A stretch of DNA of 64,000 nt from Convolutriloba macropyga (Eukaryota). This document shows positions 50,036 through 64,000 of this stretch, piece by piece. The DNA lies in assembly GCF_964194025.1 (NCBI RefSeq), contig NC_134473.1, forward strand, positions 44,268,001 through 44,332,000, given 5' to 3'. The translations under genes were made by a program, and so were the position numbers. The notes beneath the pieces are model-generated. The model saw only the letters and a list, made by a program, of their open reading frames with translations, was not told the DNA's origin and did not search any database. The stretch's first letter is position 1; the number at the start of each line of letters is the position of its first letter.

Positions 50036-51345
50036 TTGACCTGTCATATTGATTTATTCTAATTGCAGAGAGAATTTCATTTAATGATGGTAGGTTGTAT
50101 ATTTTTCAACGATGCCATAAGAGAAAAAAAACTAAAACATTTTTGTTGCGAATTTTGCGATCTGTGTACCCGTTGTACTTTACGTACTAAAACAGGTTTG
50201 TATTCCTCAATTCAATTGTTTTTCAAAATTTGAGATTTGTGTTGTTTGCCAACCCACCAAAACCAGAGCTGAGTAATGTACATGATTTATTAATAGCCGC
50301 AGTCAGCCTCTCAAAAGGCTATTATTCAGGCTCTCTCATTTTGTATTTTGGTTTACTTTTTGTTCGAGTTTTTCGTTTTACAAAGGTACCATTTTCACGA
50401 TTGACTTTGACTTACCTCACTCACTGTTTCAACTAAATGTTTTCTAATCTCTTTAACACACTGAATTACGCAATGTAGTGAATACGGTCAATGCCAAAAA
50501 AGCAAAATCAAGGGAAACGTGTCAAATTCTCTCTGCAATTAGACGAGATCGACTTGAAACGCAAAATTCGTAAAAGAATTGTATTAATTTATTTCTTTTT
50601 TGGCACCGTTGAGAAATATACCACCTACCAGCACTAAATGAAATTCTCTCTGCAATTAGAATAAATCAACATGACGAGTCAAAGAAAAATATACCGCCTT
50701 GGACCTGTCATGTTGATTTATTCTAATTGCAGAGCGAATTTCATTTAGTGATGGTGAGTCGTATATTTTTCAACGATGCCATAAGAGAAAGAAACTAATA
50801 CATTTTTGTTACGAATTTTGCGATCTGTGGACCCATTGTACTTTACATACTAGTTTGTATTCCGCAATTCAACTGTTTTTCAAAGTTTGCGATTTATGTT
50901 GTTTGCCAACCCACGAAAACCAGAGCTGAGTAATGTACATGATTTTTTAATTGCCGCAGTCAGCCTCTTAAACGGCTATTATTCAGGCTCTCTCATTTTT
51001 TAATTTGGTTTACATTTTGTTCGAGTTTTTCTCACTGTTTCAATTGAATGTTCTCTTAATTCTTTCACACACTAAATTGCGCAATATAGTGAATACGGTC
51101 AATGCCAAAATAGCGAAATCAAAGGAAACGTGTGAAATTCTCTCTGCAATTAGAATAAATCAACATGACACGCAAAATTCGTAAAAGAATTGTATTAGTT
51201 TATTTCTCTTTTGGCACCGTTGAGAAATATACCACCTACCAGCACTAAATGAAATTCTCTCTGCAATTAGAATAAATCAACATGACACGCAAAATTCATC
51301 ACAAATTTGTATTAGTTGATTTCTCTTATGGCACCGTTGAAAATT
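50036..51345. mobile_element. two tandem MITE-like units (about 650 bp) with about 120-bp terminal inverted repeats, plus extra partial TIR copies
   Basis: GTCA..TTGATTTATTCTAATTGCAGAG.GAATTTCATTTA and its reverse complement bound units about 50038-50680 and 50702-51290. Confidence 0.75.
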
Positions 51346-54300
51346 AGAAGTGGGAGAAGTACAGCGACCTCAAAAACATCCGCAGCTTCGTCGACTTCAA
51401 CACCGTCAACATCAACGGTCAAGCCTAACAGACGTGCACCAAACTACTACGGTTTTGAAAGCTCGGTTTGATCAGTCAGTGAAAAGATGAGGGTCTCAAC
51501 TCCACAGCGTACTGCTAATCTGGTGATTGCCACGATAATTCAAAAGGATTCAATGCAACCACCATCCAAAGAAACAACTTTTGAGCTACCAATGGTCAGT
51601 CAACTCGTCCCGCAAATACGTCCTCTTACAAATTCATCCACCGATTCTGATTATGCTAAGTATGAGATGGAAATCAGCATGAGTGTACTCGATGCCGAAA
51701 ACCAAATCTAATGGTTTAACTCTTCATTAACAAACGATTCAACTTCGATTTATAAATTTAGAATCATGGAATAATAATACTGTTGCATTTTACATTTTGT
51801 TTCATGTTCATCTTTAACGTTCACATAACTTATTTGCGTCTCACTTAACCATTACTTTACCATTATTGTTTATATTAACCAGCAAGTTTTTTTAATCTAA
51901 TTTGTATATACATCGGTCAAATTGTGTGAATAAATTTCAGTTTGATACCAAGCCTTTCTCTCAATTTTGTTAGAGCAGAGATTAGGTTACCGATTGATCA
52001 AAATATTGTACTAAATCCTATTGAACTCCATATGTTAGTCTGATATATTGATGACTTCCAATAATTCAGTAAAACATAGTTTACCTCCGTCTGTAAGGTG
52101 ATTTGTTCAATTTGTTCTCATCAACAATTCTCTTTAAATACTTTTAATTAACTTCACTCTTTTCGTAAACTTTCATTGTATTCAGTTGCTCTTCAAAACT
52201 TCTAGTGTTGAAGCCGAAGTAATCTGTTAGTGTAAACTCAGCATTTACTGTCATTACTAATCACAGAGGATTAGCATCTACCATGAAATAACCCATATCT
52301 AATAATTATTATAATAGTCGCCTCACACGTTGGGTAGATCGATTATTACCTTTCGATTTTAACATTGAACTCATACCAGGTGCTAAAATGAGGCTGGCAG
52401 ATTACAATTCTCGCAATCCAAATAGAAAGCAAAAGATAAAATCAATTATAATGAGAAATTTGCTGTTGCAACAATTACACGCATTCGTGACGCAATTGCA
52501 GCAATTTATATAAAAACTGCACAACTAAACTGTCGATCACAGCACATTATTACGGTAAATGCTACACATTCAACACGTGCCATGAACGCCCAACAAACAA
52601 ACCATTCGAAATTGCTTTCCGCCTTAAACTATAAAACTCAGTGGCTTTATTCTCACTCTGCAAACGCAGCTCTAATCCACTCTCTCAAATAAAGTCAATA
52701 GTGTACCATTTACGTATTTGTAAACAAAAGACAACAATCGTAAAAACTTTCCTAAGACAATTTGGAAGGAAGTTAAACATACCACTTAGTAATATAAGTA
52801 CAATTCCAAACTTAGCAAATCTAACATATGAACTAATATTAAACCACTATTAAGACGCTGACACTTTCCCCGTGGAAGACTACCTGAACGAAAATGGATC
52901 GGTATCGGGCAACAGAAGTGACATCAAGGTCGAGGAAGTGATGAACAGGTCACCGATATGATAGCGACAAAAACAAGTCTGTCTCCCGCTTCGCCCTTCA
53001 TCCGAAGTTAACAAATCCTATTCCTCGCTTTGAGAAGTCTCGCGAAATAAAATTTGCCCGTAAAGTGACGAAACGGTCCATAACAGGCCTGAGTGGACTT
53101 TAGGACACGTTAGCACCCGCAAGTTCAGTACTCCGCTCTTCTCCAACCACAACAGTTATTCAGGAGCCCGGTGTTCCTAAAGTTCGCGCTAGGCATAACA
53201 ATATAGCAAAATTCGTAAACAAAGGCGAGCGTAATATTCCTCTTTGGAAATTCCCACAAAGACGACCACTCCTGTACAAAAAGACTACGGAGGATAAAAT
53301 GGCGTTCCGTCTCATCGACGAATAGTAACGTCTCTAAGGCGATGACTTCAAGAAAGCCAACTAAGCCAAAGCCATTAGTTACCCGGAGGAGAAGTAGGAG
53401 AAGTACAGCGACCCCAAAAACATCCGCAGCTTCGTCGACTTCTACGCCGTCAACATCAACGGGCAAGCGTAACAGACGTGCACCAGACTACTACGGTTTT
53501 GAAAGCTTGGTTTGATCAGTCAGTGATCAATCAGTCTCAACTCCACAGCGTACTGCTAATCTGGTGATTGCGACGATAATTCAAGAGGATTCAATGCAAC
53601 CACCATTCAAAGAGACAACTTTTGAGCTACCTGTGGTCAGCCCACTCATCCCGCAAATACGTCTTCTTACAATTTCATCCAACGATTCTGATTATGCTGA
53701 GTATGAGAGGGAAATTAGCTTGTGTGTATTTGATTACGAAGACCAAATCAATTGGTTAAACTCATCATTAACAAACAGTTCAACTTCGATTTATAATTTT
53801 AGAATCATGGAATAATAATACTGTTGCATTTTACATTTTGTTTCATGTTCATCTTTAACGTTCACATGACTTATTTGCGTCTCACTAACCCATTACTTTA
53901 CCATTATTGTTTATATTAACCAGCAAGTTTTTATTCTAATATGTATATACCTCAGTCAAATTGTGTGAAAAAATTCGAATTTGTTATCAAGCCTTTCACT
54001 CAATTTTGTTAAAGCAGAGATTATGTTACACATTGATCAAAATATTGTACTAAATCCTATTGAACTCCATATGTTAGTTTGATATGTTGATGACTTCCAA
54101 TAATTCACTAAAACATAGTTTACCTCCGTCTGTAAGGTGATTTGTTCAATTTGTTCTCATCAACAATTCTCTTTAAATACTTTTAATTAACTTCACTCTT
54201 TTCGTAAACTTTCATTGTATTCAGTTGCTCTTCAAAACCTCTAGTGTTGAAGCCGAAGTAATCTGTTAGTGTAAACTCAGCATTTACTGTCATTACTAAT

Positions 54301-57300
54301 CACAGAGCATTAGCATCTACCATGAAATAACTCATATCTAATAATTATTATAATAGTCGCCTCACACGTTGGGTAGATCGATTATTACCTTTCGATTTTA
54401 ACATTGAACTCATACCAAGTGCTAAAATGAGGCTGGCAGATTACAATTCTTGCGAACCAAAATAGAAAGCAAAAGATAAAATCAATTATAATGAGAAATT
54501 TGCTGTTGCAACAATTACACGCCTTCGTGACGCAATTGCAGCAATTTATATAAAAACTGCACAACTAATCTGTCGATCACAGCACATTATTACGGTAAAT
54601 GCTACACATTCAACACGTGCCATGAACGCCCAACAAACAAACCATTCGAAATTGCTTTCCGCCTTAAACTATGAAACTCAGTGGCTTTATTCTCACTCTG
54701 CAAACGCAGCTCTAATCCACTCTCTCAAATAAAGTCAATAGTGTACCATTTACGTATTTGTAAACAAAAGACAACAAACGTAACACCTTTCCAAAGACAA
54801 TTTGGAAGGAAGCCAAACATACAACTTAGTGATATAAGTACAATTCCAAACTTAGCAAATCTAACATTTGAAGTAATAATACACCACTGGTAAGACGCTG
54901 ACCCTTTCCCCGTGGAAGACTACTTGAACAAAAATGGATGGGTATCGGGCGACAGAAGTGACATCATGGTCGAGGAAGTGATGAACAGGGCACAGGTCAA
55001 TGCAGGTCACCGATATGATAGCGACAAAAACAAGTCTGTCTCCCGCTTCGTCCTTCATCCGAAGTTACAAATCCAGTTCCTCGCTCTGAGAAGTCTTGCG
55101 AAATAAAACTTGCCCGTAAAGTGACGAAACGGTCCATAACAGGCCTGAGTGGACTTTGGGACACGTTAGCACCCGCAAGATCAGTACTCCGCACTTCTCC
55201 AACCACAACAGTTATTCAGGAGCCCGCCGTTCCTAAAGTTCGCGTTAGGCATAACAATATCGCAAAAATTGAAAACAAAGACGAGCGTAGTATTCCTCTT
55301 TGAAAATTCCCACAAAGACGACCACTCCTGAAAAAAAAGACTACGGAGGAGAAAATTGCGTTCCGTCTCATCGACGAATAGTAAAGTCTCCAAGGCGATG
55401 ACTTCAAGAAAGCCAACTAAGCCACAGCCACTAGTTACCCGGAGGAGAATTGGGAGAAGTACAGCGACCCCAAAAACATCCGCAGCTTTGTCGACTTCAA
55501 CACCGTCAACATCAACGGCCAAGCTTAATAGAATTGCACCAGACTACTATGATTTTGAAAGGTCGGTTTGTTCATTCAGTGAAAAGGAGTCGGTCTCAAC
55601 TCCACAGCGTACTGCTAATCTGGTGATTGCGACAATATTTTAAGAGGGTTCAATACAACCACCATCCGAAGAGACAACTTTTGAGCCACCAGCGGTTAAC
55701 CCAATCGACGCGCAAATACGTCCTCTTACAATTTCATCCCCCAATTCTGACTGTGCTGAATATGAGAGGGAAGCTCACAATTAACAAACAATTCAACTTC
55801 GATTTATAAATTTAGAATCAAGGAATAATAAAACTGTTGCATTTTACATTTTGTTTCATGTTCATCTTTAACGTTCACATGACTTATTTGCGTCTCACTA
55901 ACCCATTATTTTACCATTATTGTTTATATTAACCAGCAAGTTTTTTTAATTCTAATATGTACATACCTCAGTCAAATTGTGTGAAAAATTTTGAATTTGT
56001 TATCAAGCCTTTCACTCAATTTTGTTAAAGCAGAGATTATGTTACACATTGATCAAAATATTGTACTGAATCCTATTGAACTCCATATGTTAGTCTGATA
56101 TATTGATGACTTCCAATAATTCACTAAAACATAGTTTACCTTCGTCTGTAAGGTGATTTGTTCAAATTGTTCTCATCAACAATTCTCTTTAAATACTTTC
56201 AATTAACTTCATTCTTTTCGTAAATTTTCATTGTATTCAGTTGCTCTTCAAAACCTCTATTGTTGAAGCCGAAGTAATCTGTTAATGTAAACTCAGCATT
56301 TACTGTCATTACTAATCACAGAGGATTAGCATCTACCATGAAATAACACATATCTAATAATTATTATAATAGTCGCCGCACACGTTGGGTAGATCGATTA
56401 TTACCTTTCGATTTTAACATTGAACTCATACCAGGTGCTAAAATGAGGCTGGCAAATTACAATTCTTGCGATCCAAAATAGAAAGCAAAAGACAAAATCA
56501 ATTATAATGAAAAATTTGCTGTTGCAACAATTACACGCATTCGTGACGCAATTGCAGCAATTTGTATAAAAACCGCACAACTAAACTGTCGATCACAGCA
56601 CAGTATTACGGTAAATGCTACACATTCAACATGTGCCATGAACGCCCAACAAACAAACCATTCAAAATTGCTTTTCGCCTTAAATTATAATACTCAGTGG
56701 CTTTATTCTCACTCTGCAAACGCAGCTCTAATCCACTCTCTCAAATAAAGTCAATAGTGTACCATTTACGTATCTGTAAATAAAAGACAACAAACGTAAC
56801 ACCTTTCCAAATACAATTTGGAAGGAAGCCAAACATACCACTTAGTAATATAAGTACAATTCCAAACTTAGCAAATCTAACATATGAACTAATATTAAAC
56901 CACTATTAAGACGCTGACACTTTCCCCGTGGAAGAATACTTGAACAAAAATGGATGGGTATCGGGCGACAGAAGTGACATTATGGTCGAGGAAGTGATGA
57001 ACAGGGCACAGGTCAATGCAGGTCACCGATATGATAGCGACAAAAACAAGTCTGTCTCCCGCTTCGTCCTTCATCCGAAGGTACAAATCCAATTCCTCGC
57101 TCTGAGAAGTCTCTCGAAATAAAACTTGCCCGTAAAGTCACGAAACGGTCCATAACAGGCCTGAAAGGACTTTGGGACACGTTAGCACCCGCAAGTTCAG
57201 TACTCCGCTCTTCTCCAACCACAACAGTTATTCAGGAGCCTGACGTTCCTAAAGTTCGCGTTTGGCATAACAATATCGCAAAAATCGTAAACAAAGACGA

Positions 57301-60300
57301 GCGTAGTATTCCTCTTTGAAAATTCCCACAAAGACGACCACTCCTGTACAAAAAGACTACGGAGGAGAAAATTGCGTTCCGTCTCATCGACGAATAGTAA
57401 AGTCTCTAAGGCGATGACTTCAAGAAAGCCAACTAAGCCACAGCCACTAGTTACCCGGAGGAGAATTGGGAGAAGTACAGCGACCCCAAAAACATCCGCA
57501 GCTTTGTCGACTTCAACACCGTCAACATCAACGGCCAAGCTTAATAGAATTACAGCAGACTACTATGATTTTGAAAGGTCGGTTTGTTCATTCAGTGAAA
57601 AGGAGTCGGTCTCAACTCCACAGCATACTGCTAATCTGGTGATTGCGACGATAATTTAGGAGGGTTCAATACAACCACCATCCGAAGAGACATTTTTTGA
57701 GCCACCAGCAGTCAACTCAATCGACCCGCAAATACGTCCTCTTACAATTTCATCCACCAATTCTGATTACGCTGAATATGAGAGGGAATCTCATCATTAA
57801 CAAACAATTCAACTTCGATTTATAAATTTAGAATCAAGGAATAATAGTACTGTTGCATTTTACATTTTGTTTCATGTTCATCTTTAACGTTCTCATGACT
57901 TATTTCCGTCTCACTGACCCATTATTTTACCATTATTGTTTATATTAACCAGCAAGTTTTTTTAATTCTAATATGTATATACCTCAGTCAAATTGTGTGA
58001 AAAATTTTGAATTTGTTATCAAGCCTTTCACTCAATTTTGTTAAAGCAGAGATTATGTTACACATTGATCAAAGATTGTACTAAATCCTATTGAATTCCA
58101 TATGTTAGTCTGATATATTGATGACTTCCAATAATTCACTAAAACATAGTTTACATCCGTCTGTAAGGTGATTTGTTCAAATTGTTCTCATCAACAATTC
58201 TCTTTAAATACTTTTAAATAACTTCACTCTTTTCGTAAACTTTCATTGTATTCAGTTGCTCTTCAAAACCTGTAGTGTAGAAGCCGAAGTAATCTGTTAG
58301 TGTAAACTCAGCATTTACTGTCATTACTAATCACAGAGCATTAGCATCTACCATGAAATAACACATATCTAATAATTATTATAATAGTCGCCTCACACGT
58401 TGGGTAGATCGATTATTACCTTTCGATTTTAACATTGAACTCATACCAAGTGCTAAAATGAGGCTGGCAGATTACAATTCTTGCGAACCAAAATAGAAAG
58501 CGAAAGATAAAATCAATTATAATGAGAAATTTGCTGTTGCAACAATTACACGCATTCGTGACGCAATTGCAGCAATTTATATAAAAACTGCACAACTAAA
58601 CTGTCGATCACAGGACATTATTACGGTAAATGCTACACATTCAACACGTGCCATGAACGCCCAACAAACAAACCATTCGAAATTGCTTTCCGCCTTAAAC
58701 TATAAAACTCAGTGGCTTTATTCTCACTCTGCAAACGCAGCTCTAATCCACTCTCTCAAAAAAAGTCAATAGTGTACCATTTACGTATTTGTAAACAAAA
58801 GACAACAAACGTGACACCTTTCCAAAGACAATATGGAAGGAAGCCAAACATACCAATTAGTAATATAAGTACAATTCCAAACTTAGCAAATCTAACATAT
58901 GAACTAATATTAAACCACTATCAAGACGCTGACACTTTCCCCGTGGAAGACTACTTGAACAAAATTGGATGAGTATCGGGCGACAGAAGTGACATCATGG
59001 TCGAGGAAGTGATGAACAGGGCACAGGTCAATGCAGGTCACCGATATGATAGCGACAAAAACAAGTCTGTCTCCCGCTTCGTCCTTCATCCGAAGTTACA
59101 AATCCAATTCCTCGCTCTGAGAAATCTTGCGAAATAAAACTTGCCCGTAAAGTGACGAAACGGTCCATAACAGGCCTGAGTGGACTTTGGGACACGTTAG
59201 CACCCGCAAGTTCAGTACTCCGCACTTCTCCAACCACAACAGTTATTCAGGAGCCCGGCGTTCCTGAAGTTCGCGTTAGGCATAACAATATCGCAAAAAT
59301 TGTAAAGAAAGACGAGCGTAGTATTCCTCTTTGGAAATTCCCACAAAGACGACCACTCCTGTACAAAAAGACTATAGAGGAGAAAATTGCGTTCCGTCTC
59401 ATCGACGAATAGTAAAGTCTCTAAGGCGATGACTTCAAGAAAGCCAACTAAGCCACAGCCACTAGTTACCCGGAGGAGAATTGGGAGAAGTACAGCGACC
59501 CCAAAAACATCCGCAGCTTTGTCGACTTCAACACCGTCAACATCAACGGCCAAGCTCAATAGAATTGCATCCGACTGCTATGATTTTGAAAGGTCGGTTT
59601 GTTCATTCAGTGAAAAGGAGTCGGTCTCAACTCCACAGCGTACTGCTAATCTGGTGATTGCGACGATAATTTAAGAGGGTTCAATACAACCACCATCCGA
59701 AGAGACAACTTTTGAGCCACCAGCGGTCAACCCAATCGACCCGCAAATACGTCCTCTTACAATTTCATCCACCAATTCTGATTATGCTGAATATGAGAGG
59801 GAAGCTCGTCATTAACAAACAATTCAACTTCGATTTATAAATTTAGAATCAAGGAATAATAATACTGTTGCATTTTACATTTTGTTTGATGTTCATCTTT
59901 AACGATCACATGACTTATTTGCGTCTCACCAACCCATTATTTTACCATTATTGTTTATATTAACCAGCAAGTTTTTTTAATTCTAATATGTATATACCTC
60001 AGTCAAATTGTGTGAAAAATTTTGAATTTGTTATCAAGCCTTTCACTCAATTTTGTTAAAGCAGAGATTATGTTAATCATTGATCAAAATATTGTACTAA
60101 ATCCTATTGAACTCCATTTGTTAGTCTGATATATTGATGACTTCCAATAATTCACTAAAACATGGTTTACCTCCGTCTGTAAGGTGATTTGTCAATTTGT
60201 TCTCATCAACAATTCTCTTTAAATACTTTTAATTAACTTCACTCTTTTCGTAAACTTTCATTGTATTCAGTTGCTCTTCAAAACTTCTAGTGTTGAAGCC

Positions 60301-62562
60301 GAAGTAATCTGTTAGTGTAAACTCAGCATTTACTGTCATTACTAATCACAGAGGATTAGCATCTAACATGAAATAACACATATCTAATAATTATTATAAT
60401 AGTCGCCTCACACGTTGGGTAGATCGATTATTACCTTTCAATTTTAACATTGAACTCATACCAGCTGCTAAAATGAGGCTAGCAGATTACAATTCTTGCG
60501 AACCAAAATAGAAAGCAAAAGATAAAATCAATTGTAATGAGAAATTTGCTGTTGCAACAATTATACGCATTCGTGACGCAATTGCAGCAATTTATATAAA
60601 AACCGCACAACTAAACTGTCGATCACAGCACATTATTACGGTAAACGCTTCACATTCAACACGTGCCATGAACGCCCAACAAACAAACCATTAGAAATTG
60701 CTTTCCGCCTTAAACTATAAAACTCAGTGGCTTTATTCTCACTCTGCAAACGCAGCTCTAATCCACTCTCTCAAATAAAGTCAATAGTGTACCATTTACG
60801 TATTTGTAAACAGCAGACAACAAACGTAACACCTTTCCAAAGACAATTTGGAGGGAAGCCAAACATACCACTTAGTAATATAAGTACAATTCCAAACTTA
60901 GCAAATCTAACATATGAACTAATATTAAACCACTATTAAGACGCTGACACTTTCCCCGTGGAAGACTACTTGAACAAAAATGGATGGGTATCGGGCGACA
61001 GAAGTGACATCATGGTCGAGGAAGTGATGAAAAGGGCACAGGTCAATGCAGGTCACCTATATGATAGCGACAAAAACAAGTCTGTCTCCCGCTTCGTCCT
61101 TCATCCGAAGTTACAAATCCAGTTCCTCGCTCTGAGAAATCTCGCGAAATAAAACTTGCCCGTAAAGTGACGAAACGGTCCATAACAGGCCTGAGTGGAC
61201 TTTGGGACACGTTAGCACCCGCAAGTTCAGTACTCCGCACTTCTCCTACCACAACAGTTATTCAGGAGCCCGGCGTTCCTGAAGTTCGCGTTAGGCATAA
61301 CAATATCGCAAAAATTGTAAAGAAAGATGAGCGTAGTATTCCTCTTTGGAAATTCCCACAAAGACGACCACTCCTGTACAAAAAGACTACGGAGGAGAAA
61401 ATTGCGTTCCGTCTCATCGACGAATAGTAAAGTCTCCAAGGCGATGACTTCAAGAAAGCCAACTAAGCCACAGCCACTAGTTACCCGGAGGAGAATTGGG
61501 AGAAGTACAGCGACCCCAAAAACATCCGCAGCTTTGTCGACTTCAACACCGTCAACATCAACGGGCAAGCGTAACGGTTTTGAAAGGTCGGTTTGTTCAT
61601 TCAGTGAAAAGGAGTCGGTCTCAACTCCACAGCGTACTGCTAATCTGGTGATTGCGACGATAATTTAAGAGGGTTCAATACAACCACCATCCGAAGAGAC
61701 AACTTTTGAGCCACCAGCGGTTAACCCAATCGACGCGCAAATACGTCCTCTTACAATTTCATCCCCCAGTTCTGACTGTGCTGAATATGAGAGGGAAGCT
61801 CACAATTAACAAACAATTCAACTTCGATTTATAAATTTAGAATCAAGGAATAATAATACTGTTGCATTTTACATTTTGTTTGATGTTCATCTTTAACGTT
61901 CACATGACTTATTTGCGTCTCACCAACCCATTATTTTACCATTATTGTTTATATTAATCAGCAAGTTTTTATTCTAATATGTATATACCTCAGTCAAATT
62001 GTGTGAAAAAATTTGAATTTGTTATCAAGCCTTTCACTCAATTTTGTTAAAGCAGAGATTATGTTACACATTGATCAAAAGATTGTACTAAATCCTATTG
62101 AACTCCATATAGTTAGTTTGATATGTTGATGACTTCCAATAATTCACTAAAATTTATTTTACCTCCGTTTGTAATGCGATTTGTTCAACTTGTTCACATC
62201 ACCCATTTTCGTTACTTTTACTTAAGTTCACTTTTTTCGTAAAGATTGATTGAACTCAGTTGCTCTTCGAAACCTCTAGTTTTGAAGCCAAATAGTCTGT
62301 TAGTGGAAACTCAGCATTTACTGTCATTACTAATCACAGAGGATTAGCATCTACCATGAAATAACACATATCTAATAATTATTCTAATAGTCGCCGCACA
62401 CGTTGGGTAGATCGATTATTACCTTTCGATTTTAACATTGAACTCATACCAAGTGCTAAAATGAGGCTGGCAGATTACAATTCTTGCGAACCAAAATAGA
62501 AAGCAAAAGATAAAATCAATTATAATGAGAAATTTGCTGTTGCAACAATTACACGCATTCGT
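51346..62562 (+). repeat. macrosatellite, about 2.02-kb unit, about 5.5 copies, derived from a deleted Gypsy pol and 3' region
   Basis: ACTGTCATTACTAATCACAG at about 52247, 54286, 56303, 58317, 60333, 62320; unit encodes decayed RNase H (FTVITNHR...SRLTRWVDRLLPFDFNIELIPG...ADY.SR) and integrase C-terminal (TPFQ..FGRKPN) text. Confidence 0.92.
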
Positions 62563-64000
62563 TCCGAATTAGAAATTCTGATTGGAATTGTGTAGGAATT
62601 CCATATCTCTTTACCAAAGCTACTAGCTCAAGCTAAGCATTTGACTATGGATTCGTGTTGCGAATCCAAGTTTAGAATTCGGACAGGCATTAGCAAAACA
62701 ATTGCTAATCCCCTGAGTGAGATATCACACAATTATTAGGTTTCTCCAGCCACAAGAGCCAAGGAAACTTTTCTAGGGCTTGATAATAGGTTACTGCATA
62801 GTAAATTAATTACGCGATTTTTAGCAATTTTTTAAATATTTTATTCAAAGTTCAAAATTATTAACACGTTACAAGTTTATGGATCTTTACGATCCAGTGA
62901 AACTATTTAGGGCTTGAAAGAGGGTCACTGGATTGTCTCTTGAAAAACAAATGAATCTGAGTATATTACTGTCACGAATTTTAGAATGGTTTTGATAAAA
63001 GTTGCAATTGTTGTTTTTGAATATGTTTTATCTTTTTCTGAGCTTAACAATTTTGACTGGCCAACAAAACTTTTTAAGGCTTACAGATGTGTTACATGAC
63101 TCCAGAGAAAAAAATTGGTTTTGAATATTTTTTTACTGCGAAATCTGGAAACTTCTTTTAAGTTATGCACTTTTCAGTTTTTATGATTTAATTACTATCA
63201 TAGATAGAAAACTAGAAGTTGCAGAGTCGAATTCCACCATGAAAAAAATCCTAGCTCCCTCTCTCTGTAAGTTGGGATTTACTTCTTTCTCTTTCTCTAT
63301 CACGTATTNNNNNNNNNNNNNNNNNNNNNNNNNNNNNNNNNNNNNNNNNNNNNNNNNNNNNNNNNNNNNNNNNNNNNNNNNNNNNNNNNNNNNNNNNNNN
63401 NNNNNNNNNNNNNNNNNNNNNNNNNNNNNNNNNNNNNNNNNNNNNNNNNNNNNNNNNNNNNNNNNNNNNNNNNNNACGCACTTCAGCTGCTGTTATGTGG
63501 CGTGACGTCATAATATATTGCACTCATTAACGCTGAATTATACTAGAAAAGTCTTATCATAAATGACTTAACTAGCACTTTTTAAGCAACCATTGTTAAT
63601 TACGAAGTTTATAGCAATTACATTAAGCCTGTTGGTTTTTTCTTATGCGATTTTTTGCTTGACCGATTCTTCGTCCGACCCATTTCATCCTGAGAAAGGG
63701 AATAAAGAGTTTGTGCCCAGCGGCCATTAAGTTTTCTAAGAGCTTCTCTACTCACTAGTCTCGAAGTATGCGATTCACAGAAACTGTTTTGAAGACTTAT
63801 ACTAATGGTGTGATGGGCGGTTCTTAGAAATTGATCCCACACCCCAACCGGCCCCGCACATCAGCCCCCAATCTACACCCCTGCACATTTTTCAAGCCGT
63901 GAGGGCACCGTGCAGCCAAATATCCCCTACCACCGGGCTCGCCGGTCGTTTGAGAGCAATTCGCCCAACGTTAGTCGGTTATGTTCAAAGTTCATTAGAG

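Noticed and set aside
52641-61668. Multi-copy small gene family in the 2-kb array
   Set aside because: ORFs are broken pieces or antisense frames of decayed Gypsy pol sequence
63239-63523. ORFs spanning the N run
   Set aside because: Artefacts of the assembly gap

Overview
Repeat-dense eukaryotic (invertebrate animal-like) genomic DNA with two assembly gaps (about 8423-8618 and 63309-63475). The main object is a complete 21.5-kb Ty3/Gypsy-type LTR element at 5122-26609. It has 432/424-bp LTRs, a CCAG target-site duplication, a PBS, a long degenerate gag-pro-pol, a class III (chuvirus/herpes gB-like) env and several extra ORFs on both sides of env, which is a complex-retrovirus-like layout. 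It is nested inside a CR1-group LINE whose ORF2 can be reassembled from four pieces separated by two Penelope-like insertions (each with a hammerhead-ribozyme-like core) and the giant element. Directly downstream is a four-coding-exon host gene resembling CCNDBP1/GCIP (27966-48265, splice phases all consistent, about 431 aa). Its introns hold a CRE-like RLE retrotransposon, two satellite arrays, a Polinton/adintovirus-like capsid fragment and small inverted-repeat elements. The last 13 kb contains tandem MITE-like units and an approximately 2-kb macrosatellite built from an internally deleted Gypsy pol. All family assignments come from motif recognition by eye; no database search was run.
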